Source: Candidatus Aeolococcus gillhamiae
GTDB taxonomy: Bacteria > Chloroflexota > Dormibacteria > Aeolococcales > Aeolococcaceae
Assembly (NCBI GenBank): GCA_003244045.1
Contig: QHBU01000130.1
Location: forward strand, 796 to 64,795
Length of the DNA stretch: 64,000 nucleotides
Direction of reading: 5' to 3'
Shown: in pieces, positions 55,806-64,000 of the stretch
Position numbering within the stretch: position 1 is the first letter of the stretch
Layout of the letters: each line of letters begins with the position of its first letter
Program-made: the position numbers and the translations under genes
The notes under the pieces: generated by a model
What the model was told of the DNA's origin: nothing
Seen by the model: only the letters and a program-made list of their open reading frames with translations
Databases searched by the model: none

Positions 55806-57128
55806 ATGGCCAGAGACGCATCCATACGGGTTGTGCTCGCCGACGACAACCTGATCGTCCGCGAGGGCGTGCGGGCGCTCCTCCTGATCGCCGGGGACAT
55901 CGAGGTCGTGGGCGTTGCCGGCGACTACGACGAGCTGGTGGCGGGCGCGGACGCGCTCACCCCGCAGGTGGTGGTCACCGACATCCGCATGCCGCCGAAC
56001 TTCACCGACGAGGGCATCAGGGCGGCCCGCCTGATCCGCAAGCAGTACCCGGGCACGGGCGTGGTCATCCTCTCCCAGTACGACGAGCCCGAATACGCCA
56101 TCTCGCTGCTCAGCGAGGGTGCCGCCGGCTACGCGTACCTGCTCAAGGACGGCGTCGCTGAGGGCGACCAGCTGGCCCGGGCGGTGCGTGAGGTCAGCGC
56201 GGGTGGCTCGATGCTCGACCCGCGCATCGTCAACGCGCTGACCAAGCCGGTGACCGACGGCGGCAGCCTCAGTGACAGCGACGAGCGGCTCCTCCAGATG
56301 GTCGCCGAGGGGCGGCCGATGAAGTCCATCGCGGTGGCCATCAACTCCACGGCCGAGGCCGTCTCCGACGCCGTTGAGCACCTCTTCCTGCAACTTGCAC
56401 AGCAGGCCAGCAGTGGGACGCAGAGCGCGTTGCAGCGGCTGCGGCTCCTGCACCGCGCCATCGTCGACCGCGAGGAGCAGGGCGAGAGCCTCAGCCGGAT
56501 GCTCCCCGGCGGGCTGGCCCAAAAGCTGCGCGAGCAGGGCGTCAAGCCGGGGGAAACGGAGCGCCTCACCGTCACCGTGCTGATGTCGGACATCCGCGCC
56601 TACTCGACAATCGCGGAGGTGGCCGACCCCAGCGTCCTTGCCGGCCAGCTGCACGAGCACCGCGCCGAGATGAACCACGCGCTCCTCGGTGAGAACGGCA
56701 CGGTCATGCAGTTCGTCGGCGACGCCGTGATGGCGGTGTTCGGCGCGCCGTTCCCGCAAGCGGACCAGTGCGAGCGAGCGGTGGCGGCAGCGGAGGCCAT
56801 GCACGCTCGGCAGGCCGAGCTCAACGCCCGCTGGGCTGCCGCCGGCCTGCCGCCGTTCCATCTCGGCATCGGCGTGTCCACCGGCGACGTCGCAGCCGCC
56901 CTGCTCGGGTCGGATGAGCGCCTCGAGTACTCGGTTGTCGGTGATGCGGTCAACCTCGCCCAACGGCTCCAGCAGTGGGCCGAGGGCGGTCAGACCGTGC
57001 TCAGCGATCCCACCTTTGCAGCGCTGTCGCCGCCGCCGCACGCCGAACGGCTGGAGCCCGCCCTTGTCAAGGGACGGCAGACGCCTGTCGGCGCGCACCG
57101 GCTGGGTACTGCCCTCGTCGCGACGTGA
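55806..57128 (+). CDS. response regulator fusion: REC + degenerate LuxR/GerE-type HTH + class III nucleotidyl cyclase domain
   Basis: ATG 55806 gives MARDASIRVVLADDNLIVREG.. The REC domain has VVVTDIRMP (Asp acceptor), VVILSQY and YLLKDG. The HTH region is LSDSDERLLQMVAEGRPMKSIAVAINSTAEAVSDAVEHLFLQL. The cyclase has VTVLMSDIRAYS, MQFVGDAVMAVFGAP, HLGIGVSTGDV and YSVVGDAVNLAQRLQ. Its TGA overlaps the first kinase GTG. Confidence 0.85.
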   Translation: MARDASIRVVLADDNLIVREGVRALLLIAGDIEVVGVAGDYDELVAGADALTPQVVVTDIRMPPNFTDEGIRAARLIRKQYPGTGVVILSQYDEPEYAISLLSEGAAGYAYLLKDGVAEGDQLARAVREVSAGGSMLDPRIVNALTKPVTDGGSLSDSDERLLQMVAEGRPMKSIAVAINSTAEAVSDAVEHLFLQLAQQASSGTQSALQRLRLLHRAIVDREEQGESLSRMLPGGLAQKLREQGVKPGETERLTVTVLMSDIRAYSTIAEVADPSVLAGQLHEHRAEMNHALLGENGTVMQFVGDAVMAVFGAPFPQADQCERAVAAAEAMHARQAELNARWAAAGLPPFHLGIGVSTGDVAAALLGSDERLEYSVVGDAVNLAQRLQQWAEGGQTVLSDPTFAALSPPPHAERLEPALVKGRQTPVGAHRLGTALVAT

Positions 57129-59266
57129 GCAGCAACGGTTCGCCGAGCCGGCGCGTTCTGCGCTTCGCTGCGGCGCTCAGCGTGCTGGCACCGTGCATCG
57201 CCCTTGCCCTTGCGGCCTCCCTGGGAGTGCTCATCTACGCGGACCGCAGCGTGCCCGAGAATGAGTGGATTCGCGGTGTCGGTGCCGCGGTTTTCGCCCT
57301 GCTGGTGGCGCCGATGGGCAGCCTTCTGCTGCGCCGCGTCCCGCGCAACCCACTCGGCTGGATCTTCAGCGCGGCCGCGGTCACCACCGGTCTCATCGAG
57401 CCACTGGCGTTCCTCGCCATCCACGGCACCTACGTCGAGCACGACCGCTCGTGGTGGACACTCCTCAGCGCCTGGCTGACCGAGCCTCTCGCGGTGGTGT
57501 CCGTCGGCCTTCTCGTCGGCGTGGTCCCGTTGCTCTTTCCCGACGGAGTGGTGGCCTCCGCCCGGTGGCGGCGCTACCGTAGATTCCTAACGGCCTTCGT
57601 ACCGCTGGCCGCGCTGGCTGTCGCGGTGCAGACGGGTGTCGGGCTCACCACAGTTCGCGTCAACAGCAGCGGCGGCCTTTCCTCGGACACGCAGAGCGCG
57701 TCGGTGGCGATCGCCTTCCTCGGCCTCCTGGCGTGCTCCGCCCTGTCAGCCGCCAACCTGGTCGGCCGCTACCGTCGCGCCGAAGGGATCCGCCGCCGCC
57801 AGCTCCGCAGCTTCGCCATCGCTGTGGTCGTGATCATCGCCTTCGGCTTCATCCCGCACCTCATCAGCAACATCGCCCTGGAGGACCCCACCGCGCTGGC
57901 CGTGGCCATCACCAACGCGGTGATGGTCGGGTCATTCTCACTCCTGCTCCTGGCCATGGGGATCGCCATCCTGAGGTACCGGCTGTTCGGTATTCAGGTG
58001 CTGGTCAGCCGCACGCTGGTCTACGGATCGCTGGCTGTTTTCATCACCGCCGTGTACGTCGGCATCGCCGTCGGCATCGGGGCGCTGGTCGGCGGCGGTG
58101 GCAAGCCCAACCTCGGGCTGTCGATCCTGGCCACCGCAATCGTCGCCATCGGGTTCCAGCCGGTGCGCGAGCGTGTCCAGAAGATTGCCAACCGGCTCGT
58201 GTACGGCAAACGGGCGACACCATACGAAGTGCTGTCGCAGTTCTCAGAGAGGGTGGCCGAGTCGTACTCCCTGGACGACGTGATGCCACGGATGGCGCGC
58301 GTCCTGGCCGAGGGGACGGGGGCGCAGCGCGCCGACGTCTGGCTGCGCAGCGGAAACATGTGGCACAACGCGGCTGTCTGGCCTGGCGATGCGACGGCGG
58401 CGAATCCGGTCGCTGCGGACGGATCGCTGCCCGCCATCAACGGAGCCAGCCGGCTGGTCGAGGTGCGCCACCAGGGTGATGTGCTGGGCGCTCTGGGCGT
58501 CACCAAACGCAGTGGCGAATCGCTGACGCCCGTGGAGGACAACCTGCTCTCGCATCTTGCCTCGCAGGCGGGATTGGTCCTGAAGAACGTCGGCCTCACC
58601 GGTGACCTGCAAGCGCGGCTTGTCGAGCTGCGCGCGTCGCGGCAGCGGCTGGTGACGGCACAGGACGAGGAGCGCCGCAAGCTGGAGCGCAACCTCCACG
58701 ACGGGGCACAGCAGCACCTTGTCGCCATCAAGGTGAAGCTCGGCCTTGCCGAGATGCTGATGCGCCGCGACCCGGAGACGGCCAAGCTCACCCTGGATCA
58801 ACTGAAGGGCGACGCCGACGAAGCGCTGGAAACCCTGCGCGATCTGGCGCGTGGCATCTACCCACCGCTCCTCGCCGAGAAGGGCTTGGGCGCTGCTCTC
58901 GCATCGCAGGCTCGGAAGGCGACCGTCCCGGTGACCGTCGAAGCCGACGGCATCGGCCGCTATTCGCAGGACGTCGAGGCCGCCGTGTACTTCTCAGCGC
59001 TGGAGGCGCTGCAGAACGTGCAGAAGTACGCGCAGGCGTCGGAGGCGACCGTGCGACTGCGTGAGGACGCTGGTGCGTTGCACTTCGAGGTCGCTGACGA
59101 CGGGAGAGGTTTCGATGTCGCCAGCACCACCAGGGGCTCGGGTCTCACCAACATGGCCGACCGCATCGACGCTCTTGGCGGCGAGCTAGGGATTGAGTCC
59201 GCGCCGGGCCATGGCACCAGGCTGCACGGCCGGCTGCAGGTGACCGCCGCGAGCGTACCCGCGTGA
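57125..59266 (+). CDS. sensor histidine kinase paralog 1 (multi-TM sensor + GAF + HisKA_3 + HATPase_c)
   Basis: GTG 57125 forms a GTGA overlap with the cyclase gene. The dimerisation/His region is DEERRKLERNLHDGAQQHLVAIKV. The ATPase region has ALQNVQKYA, DDGRGFD, GSGLTNMADR and GGELGIES.PGHGT. Confidence 0.9.
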   Translation: MSSNGSPSRRVLRFAAALSVLAPCIALALAASLGVLIYADRSVPENEWIRGVGAAVFALLVAPMGSLLLRRVPRNPLGWIFSAAAVTTGLIEPLAFLAIHGTYVEHDRSWWTLLSAWLTEPLAVVSVGLLVGVVPLLFPDGVVASARWRRYRRFLTAFVPLAALAVAVQTGVGLTTVRVNSSGGLSSDTQSASVAIAFLGLLACSALSAANLVGRYRRAEGIRRRQLRSFAIAVVVIIAFGFIPHLISNIALEDPTALAVAITNAVMVGSFSLLLLAMGIAILRYRLFGIQVLVSRTLVYGSLAVFITAVYVGIAVGIGALVGGGGKPNLGLSILATAIVAIGFQPVRERVQKIANRLVYGKRATPYEVLSQFSERVAESYSLDDVMPRMARVLAEGTGAQRADVWLRSGNMWHNAAVWPGDATAANPVAADGSLPAINGASRLVEVRHQGDVLGALGVTKRSGESLTPVEDNLLSHLASQAGLVLKNVGLTGDLQARLVELRASRQRLVTAQDEERRKLERNLHDGAQQHLVAIKVKLGLAEMLMRRDPETAKLTLDQLKGDADEALETLRDLARGIYPPLLAEKGLGAALASQARKATVPVTVEADGIGRYSQDVEAAVYFSALEALQNVQKYAQASEATVRLREDAGALHFEVADDGRGFDVASTTRGSGLTNMADRIDALGGELGIESAPGHGTRLHGRLQVTAASVPA

Positions 59267-61422
59267 CGGTCGCAGCGCAGCGGCGCGCGTGGACCACGCC
59301 TCTGGCCGTCGGCCTGGCCGCAATGGCAGTTGCGGCGGCAGCGACCACGGCCACGCTTGCCTTCCTCAACCGCGCGTCGTTCCCCAACCTGGATGCAGCC
59401 GACCCGACGTCGATCCTCATCCCGCTCGGAGTTGCAGTATTGGGCGCGCTGGTTGCCTCACGCCGTCCACACAACCCGACCGGCTGGCTCTTCTTGGTTC
59501 TCGCTGTGGTGGGGGGGCTGCAGGGGGTGGAGGATCAGTACGTCAGGTACGCGCTGGTGACTCACCCGGGTTCATTGCCCGGGGCAGCATGGGTGGCGTG
59601 GTTGAACAGCTGGTTCACCTTCCTCGTCTTCCCGTCCGGCGCCCTGGCCGCGGTCCTGCTGCTGCTCCCTGACGGACATCTCCCCTCGCGACGATGGCGG
59701 CCGGTCCTCGTTGCAGCGGCCGTCATGACCGCGGTGAACATCGTCTTCACTGCGCTCGCGCCCGGGCCGCTGACGCTCAGCTCGAGCGGGGCTAACTTCC
59801 CGACTCCGGACAACCCCGTTGGCCTAGCCGTTCTGAGCAGCGTCGACCAGACGTCTGGATCGGTTGTGGCCAATGGCGCCCTCTGGTTCGTCGCCCTGGC
59901 CGTCCTCCTCGTGGCGGCGGCCGCTCCGATGGTGCGGATGCGCAAATCGAAGGGCGACCAGCGACAGCAGTTGAAATGGATCGCCTACGCGGTGTTGGGC
60001 ACCGTTGTCGGAATCGTCGTCTTCACTGTCCTCGCCGGGCAGATCCTGCCATCCTGGACCTTCGACATCCCGCTGGTTCTCGGTTTCGGCGTGGCACTGC
60101 CGGCGGCGGCCGGTGTCGCCATCTTCAAACACCGGCTCTACGACATCGACATCGTCATCAGTCGCACACTCGTGTACGGCGCACTGGCTGTGTTCATCAC
60201 CGCCGTGTATGTCGGCATCGCAGTCGGCATTGGTGCGCTCATCGGCGGCGGCGGCAAGCCGAACCTGGCTCTGTCCATCCTCGCCACGGCGGTCGTGGCA
60301 GTTGGCTTCCAGCCGGTTCGCGAACGCGTGCAGAAGGTTGCCAACCGCCTCGTGTACGGAAAGCGCGCCACCCCATACGAGGTGTTGGCCCAGTTCTCCG
60401 AGCGCGTCGCCGGCTCGTACGCCGCCGCCGACGTACTGCCGCGGATGGCCCGTGTTCTTGCCGAGGGGACGGGCGCGCAGCGTGCGGATGTGTGGTTGTG
60501 CAGCGGCGACGCTTGGGCCGATGCCGCAGTCTGGCCCGGTGACGCCACGCCCTGCGCTCCATGGACTGCGCCCAACGGTGACCTGCCGTCGTCCAGTCCG
60601 GGTGACAGGGTTGTCCCTGTTTCACACCAGGGCACTGTGCTCGGAGCTCTTGGCGTCACCAAGCGCTTCGGTGAATCGCTGACCCCGGTCGAGGAGAACC
60701 TGTTGAGTCACCTCGCCGGCCAGGCAGGGCTGGTGCTCAAGAACGTCGGCCTCACCGGCGATCTTCAGGCGCGCCTGGTGGAGCTCCGCGCGTCGCGGCA
60801 GAGGCTGGTGAGCGCGCAGGACGAGGAGCGCCGCAAGCTCGAGCGCAACCTCCACGACGGAGCCCAGCAGCACCTCGTGGCCATCAAGGTGAAGCTCGGC
60901 CTGGCCGAGATGCTCGCGAGCAGAGACCCCGAGAAGGCGCGGGCCACCATCGAGCAGCTCAAGGGCGACGCCGATGAAGCCCTGGAAACCTTGCGCGACC
61001 TGGCGCGCGGCATCTATCCACCGCTCCTGGCCGAGAAGGGCTTGGGCGCAGCCCTCGCGTCGCAGGCTCGGAAGGCGACCGTCCCGGTGACGGTCGAAGC
61101 CGACGGCATCGGCCGCTATTCGCAGGACGTCGAAGCCGCCGTGTACTTCTCGGTGCTCGAAGCGCTGCAGAACGTGCAGAAGTACGCGCAGGCGTCCCAT
61201 GCCGCGGTCACTCTGGGTGAGCACGACGGTGCGCTGACGTTCGATGTCGTCGACGACGGCAGTGGCTTCGACGTTGGGTCCACCACCAAGGGTTCCGGCC
61301 TGACCAACATGGCCGACCGCATCGACGCTCTCGGCGGCGATCTGGAGATTGAGTCCACGCCGGGCAGTGGGACGCGCCTCCATGGCCTGCTCCGGGTGGC
61401 GTCAGTGGCAGCACTGGCGTGA
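59263..61422 (+). CDS. sensor histidine kinase paralog 2 (multi-TM sensor + GAF + HisKA_3 + HATPase_c)
   Basis: GTG 59263 overlaps the upstream TGA (GTGA). The C-terminal ~430 aa are near-identical to paralogs 1 and 3, while the N-terminal membrane domain has diverged. Confidence 0.9.
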   Translation: MTVAAQRRAWTTPLAVGLAAMAVAAAATTATLAFLNRASFPNLDAADPTSILIPLGVAVLGALVASRRPHNPTGWLFLVLAVVGGLQGVEDQYVRYALVTHPGSLPGAAWVAWLNSWFTFLVFPSGALAAVLLLLPDGHLPSRRWRPVLVAAAVMTAVNIVFTALAPGPLTLSSSGANFPTPDNPVGLAVLSSVDQTSGSVVANGALWFVALAVLLVAAAAPMVRMRKSKGDQRQQLKWIAYAVLGTVVGIVVFTVLAGQILPSWTFDIPLVLGFGVALPAAAGVAIFKHRLYDIDIVISRTLVYGALAVFITAVYVGIAVGIGALIGGGGKPNLALSILATAVVAVGFQPVRERVQKVANRLVYGKRATPYEVLAQFSERVAGSYAAADVLPRMARVLAEGTGAQRADVWLCSGDAWADAAVWPGDATPCAPWTAPNGDLPSSSPGDRVVPVSHQGTVLGALGVTKRFGESLTPVEENLLSHLAGQAGLVLKNVGLTGDLQARLVELRASRQRLVSAQDEERRKLERNLHDGAQQHLVAIKVKLGLAEMLASRDPEKARATIEQLKGDADEALETLRDLARGIYPPLLAEKGLGAALASQARKATVPVTVEADGIGRYSQDVEAAVYFSVLEALQNVQKYAQASHAAVTLGEHDGALTFDVVDDGSGFDVGSTTKGSGLTNMADRIDALGGDLEIESTPGSGTRLHGLLRVASVAALA

Positions 61423-63566
61423 CTCAACAAGAGCGACATCCTCGCTGGACGACGCCGCTCGCGCTGGCCTTGGCGGCGCTCGCCCTGGCGGCCGCGGCCG
61501 CAACTGTCGCGCTGGCCATCGCCAACCGTGCCACGCTGCCGAACCTCGACGCGGCGGACCCCATCTCCATCGTCGTGCCGATCGGTGTCTCCGTCGTCGG
61601 GGCGCTCATCGCCTCTCGGCACCCGCGCAACCCCACAGGCTGGCTGTTCCTCTTCGCCGCCGCCGTCGGCGGCTTGCAGGGGGTGGAGGACCAGTACGCC
61701 CGGTTTGCGCTGGTCACACACGGTGGCGGTCTGCCCTGGGGCGCATTCTCTCTATGGCTGAACAGCTGGTCGTTGTCCCTCATCTATCCGTGTGGCGCGG
61801 TGGCCATGTTCTTCCTCCTGCTGCCCGACGGTCACCTGCCCTCGAGGCGGTGGCGCGCAGTGGTCGCCTTGGCGGTTGTCGTGTCCACCGCGGCTGTCCT
61901 GCTCACCGCACTGGCGCCCGGCCCGCTCGTTCCGAGCACCAACGGTCTGAACTACCAGACGCCGGTCAATCCCGTGGGGTTGGCGGGTTTCAGCGGTGCT
62001 GTTGTGGGGGCCCTGAACAGTGCGCTGTACATCGCCGGGCTCGTCCTGCTGTTGGCGTCGGCGTCGGCGCCGCTGGTGCGTTCGCGGCGGTCGCATGGCG
62101 AGCTCCGCCAGCAACTGAAGTGGATCGCGTATGCGGTCATCATCACCGTGGTCGTCAATCTCACGCTGGCCATCTTCTTCAACCAGCTGCCAGGCTGGGT
62201 GTACGACCTTCCTATCGTGGTCGGCTTCGGCGTCGCCATGCCCGTGGCAGCTGCGATCGCGATCTTCAAGTACCGCCTCTACGATATCGACGTCGTCATC
62301 AGCCGCACGATCGTCTACGGCTCGCTGGCGGTGTTCATCACCGCGGTGTACGTTGGCATCGCGGTCGGCATCGGGGCGCTGGTCGGCAGCGGCGGCAAGC
62401 CCAACCTGGGCCTGTCCATCCTCGCCACCGCCATTGTGGCCGTTGGGTTCCAACCGGTGCGCGAGCGCGTGCAGCGGATTGCCAACCGCCTCGTGTACGG
62501 CAAGCGTGCGACGCCATACGAGGTGCTTGCCCAGTTCTCCGAGCGCGTCGCTGAGTCCTACGCAGCGGACGACGTCATGCCGCGGATGGCGCGGGTGCTC
62601 GCCGAGGGAACCGGCGCGCAGCGCGCCGATGTTTGGCTGCGCGGTGGAACACAGTGGCGCAACGCGGCCGTGTGGCCGTCGGACGCCTCACCGGAGCGTC
62701 CGCTCGCCGTCGAGAACGACATGCTGCCAGCGCTTGGCTCAGCGATGCGGGTGGTCGAGGTTCGCTACCAGGGAGACCTGCTCGGAGCGCTGGGTGTCAC
62801 CAAGCGCAGCGGCGAGTCGCTGACCCCGGTGGAGGAGAACCTCCTGTCCCACCTCGCGGGACAGGCCGGCCTGGTGCTCAAGAACGTCGGGCTGACCTCG
62901 GACTTGCAGGCGCGGCTCGAAGAGCTACGAGCCTCGCGTCAGAGGCTGGTCACTGCCCAGGACGAGGAGCGCCGCCGGTTGGAGCGCAACCTCCACGACG
63001 GTGCCCAGCAGCACCTGGTGGCGCTGAAGGTGAAGCTCGGCCTTGCCGAGTTGCTGATGAGCCGTGACCCAGCGAAGGCCAGAGCCACCATCGAGCAGCT
63101 CAAGGGCGACGCTGACGAGGCGCTCGAGACCCTGCGCGACCTGGCTCGCGGCATTTATCCGCCGCTTCTCGCCGAAAAGGGTTTGGGTGCGGCGCTCGGG
63201 TCGCAGGCGCGCAAGGCCACGATCCCGGTGACGATCGATGCTGAGGGCGTCGGCCGTTACTCACAGGACATCGAGGCCGCCGTGTACTTCTCCGTGCTCG
63301 AGGCGCTGCAGAACGTGCAGAAGTACGCGCAGGCCTCGAAGGCGACTGTCCTGCTTCGCGAAGCCGACGGCGTGCTGCGATTCGAGGTCGCCGACGACGG
63401 CCAGGGGTTCGACGTCCTCACCAGGGCGAAGGGATCAGGCCTCACCAACGTGGCTGACCGCGTCGACGCTCTTGGTGGTGCGATCGACGTGCACTCCGTG
63501 CTCGGACGGGGAACGACGCTCGCTGGAACCCTGTCCGTGCCGGTTCGTGTCGCGGTGCCCGCGTGA
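61419..63566 (+). CDS. sensor histidine kinase paralog 3 (multi-TM sensor + GAF + HisKA_3 + HATPase_c)
   Basis: GTG 61419 overlaps the upstream TGA. The domain order and motifs are the same (DEERRRLERNLHDGAQQHLVALKV; DDGQGFD; GSGLTNVADR). Confidence 0.9.
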   Translation: MTQQERHPRWTTPLALALAALALAAAAATVALAIANRATLPNLDAADPISIVVPIGVSVVGALIASRHPRNPTGWLFLFAAAVGGLQGVEDQYARFALVTHGGGLPWGAFSLWLNSWSLSLIYPCGAVAMFFLLLPDGHLPSRRWRAVVALAVVVSTAAVLLTALAPGPLVPSTNGLNYQTPVNPVGLAGFSGAVVGALNSALYIAGLVLLLASASAPLVRSRRSHGELRQQLKWIAYAVIITVVVNLTLAIFFNQLPGWVYDLPIVVGFGVAMPVAAAIAIFKYRLYDIDVVISRTIVYGSLAVFITAVYVGIAVGIGALVGSGGKPNLGLSILATAIVAVGFQPVRERVQRIANRLVYGKRATPYEVLAQFSERVAESYAADDVMPRMARVLAEGTGAQRADVWLRGGTQWRNAAVWPSDASPERPLAVENDMLPALGSAMRVVEVRYQGDLLGALGVTKRSGESLTPVEENLLSHLAGQAGLVLKNVGLTSDLQARLEELRASRQRLVTAQDEERRRLERNLHDGAQQHLVALKVKLGLAELLMSRDPAKARATIEQLKGDADEALETLRDLARGIYPPLLAEKGLGAALGSQARKATIPVTIDAEGVGRYSQDIEAAVYFSVLEALQNVQKYAQASKATVLLREADGVLRFEVADDGQGFDVLTRAKGSGLTNVADRVDALGGAIDVHSVLGRGTTLAGTLSVPVRVAVPA

Positions 63567-64000
63567 TGGGCGATATCCGCCGTCCCTCGACGACTCTCCT
63601 CGGGGTGGCGTGCGCCGCGCTCGCGGTGGCGATGGCGATGGCAGCGGCAGCATTGGTAGCCGCCAACGGACTCAATGCGACGACGGTGTCCGACGTGCCG
63701 CTCATCGTGGTATCGGCGAGCTACGCGCTGCTCGGAGCGCTGGTGGCCTCTCGGCAGCCAAGAAACATCACGGGATGGTTGTTCCTCTTCGTCGCGGTGT
63801 TCACAGGGATGGGCGGTGTCGCCAGTGAGTACGCGCTGTACGCCCGGGCGGCACGGCACGGCGCTCTTCCCGGTGCGGTGTGGGCCATCTGGTTCACATC
63901 GTGGTCGCAGTACGTGTTGTTCCCGACCGGTGCCATCGCCCTGCTCATGCTCTACCTGCCCGACGGGCGCGTTCCCTCGCCGAGGTGGCGGCCGCTAGCG
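63566..64000 (+). CDS. sensor histidine kinase paralog 4, N-terminal fragment (runs off window end; absent from ORF track)
   Basis: ATG 63566 overlaps the upstream TGA by 1 nt (TGATG). My translation is MGDIRRPSTTLLGVACAALAVAMAMAAAALVAANGLNATTVSDVPLIVVSASYALLGALVASRQPRNITGWLFLFVAVFTGMGGVASEYALYARAARHGALPGAVWAIWFTSWSQYVLFPTGAIALLMLYLPDGRVPSPRWRP. It is collinear with the N-termini of paralogs 2 and 3 (..SR.PRNPTGWLFL......LLLLPDGHLPSRRWR). Confidence 0.8.
   Translation, partial: MGDIRRPSTTLLGVACAALAVAMAMAAAALVAANGLNATTVSDVPLIVVSASYALLGALVASRQPRNITGWLFLFVAVFTGMGGVASEYALYARAARHGALPGAVWAIWFTSWSQYVLFPTGAIALLMLYLPDGRVPSPRWRPLA

Larger units (their letters stand above)
57125..64000 (+). repeat. tandem array of four paralogous kinase genes, unit ~2.14-2.16 kb
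   Basis: Gene starts fall at 57125, 59263, 61419 and 63566. Long near-identical DNA blocks recur, e.g. gccgtgtacttctc.gtgct.ga.gcgctgcagaacgtgcagaagtacgcgcaggc at ~58981, ~61138 and ~63288. Confidence 0.9.

Noticed and set aside
57125-63566. Kinase array as a pure assembly artefact (the same gene assembled several times)
   Set aside because: The copies differ substantially in their N-terminal ~300 codons and at scattered positions elsewhere. Each junction has its own overlap sequence, so they are distinct genes, although copy number still merits read-level confirmation.
1-64000. CRISPR arrays, transposases/IS elements, prophage genes, toxin-antitoxin or restriction-modification systems
   Set aside because: I scanned the translations and looked for short regularly spaced repeats and recognised none. 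The only large repeats are the tandem kinase paralogs, and the only short tandem repeat is the 12-mer at 51931-51954.

Overview
The window is a very GC-rich (by inspection, not computed), densely packed chromosomal segment with an actinobacterial-type gene repertoire. This includes a short MutY with the YRGS..RQLRG tail, IMPase-type HisN, Ppm1-type polyprenol-P-mannose synthase and LdtMt-like L,D-transpeptidases. I saw no transposase, integrase, phage genes or CRISPR array. Many long ORFs in the track are antisense or out-of-frame artefacts of the high GC content, so I trimmed real genes to plausible starts. Contents from left to right: (1) A dtd fragment and tRNA-Phe(GAA). (2) An 8-gene minus-strand cluster of mutY, a formyltransferase, an orphan receiver, a hypothetical gene, ppm1 and three GT-C membrane glycosyltransferases. 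(3) icd, GNATs, YihY, a GAF-EAL phosphodiesterase, VIT1, a RibD_C reductase, TlpA and a CbpA-like J-protein. (4) A co-directional AlkA-like / MrfA-like helicase (DUF1998) / AlkA-like repair block, with an MrfB-like exonuclease 3 kb downstream behind a secreted BNR protein. (5) A Wzx-like flippase, a methyltransferase, an L,D-transpeptidase lipoprotein and a rhodanese. (6) A thiolase divergent from a two-domain fatty acyl-CoA reductase, a frameshifted fatty-acid hydroxylase and another GT-C. (7) A nearly complete, translationally coupled histidine operon, hisC-hisZ/G-hisD-hisB-hisH-hisA-hisF-hisI-hisN, in which hisZ and hisG form one uninterrupted reading frame. (8) ApbE, small secreted proteins, an alpha/beta hydrolase, a tandem-repeat protein, decayed NuoF-like/ferredoxin remnants and a second L,D-transpeptidase. 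(9) The most unusual locus is a cNMP-binding protein divergent from a REC-HTH-class III cyclase fusion. That fusion is followed by four translationally coupled, tandemly duplicated HisKA_3 sensor kinases; the fourth is missed by the ORF track because it runs off the window end. All functional calls rest on by-eye motif recognition in the translated ORFs; no searches were run.
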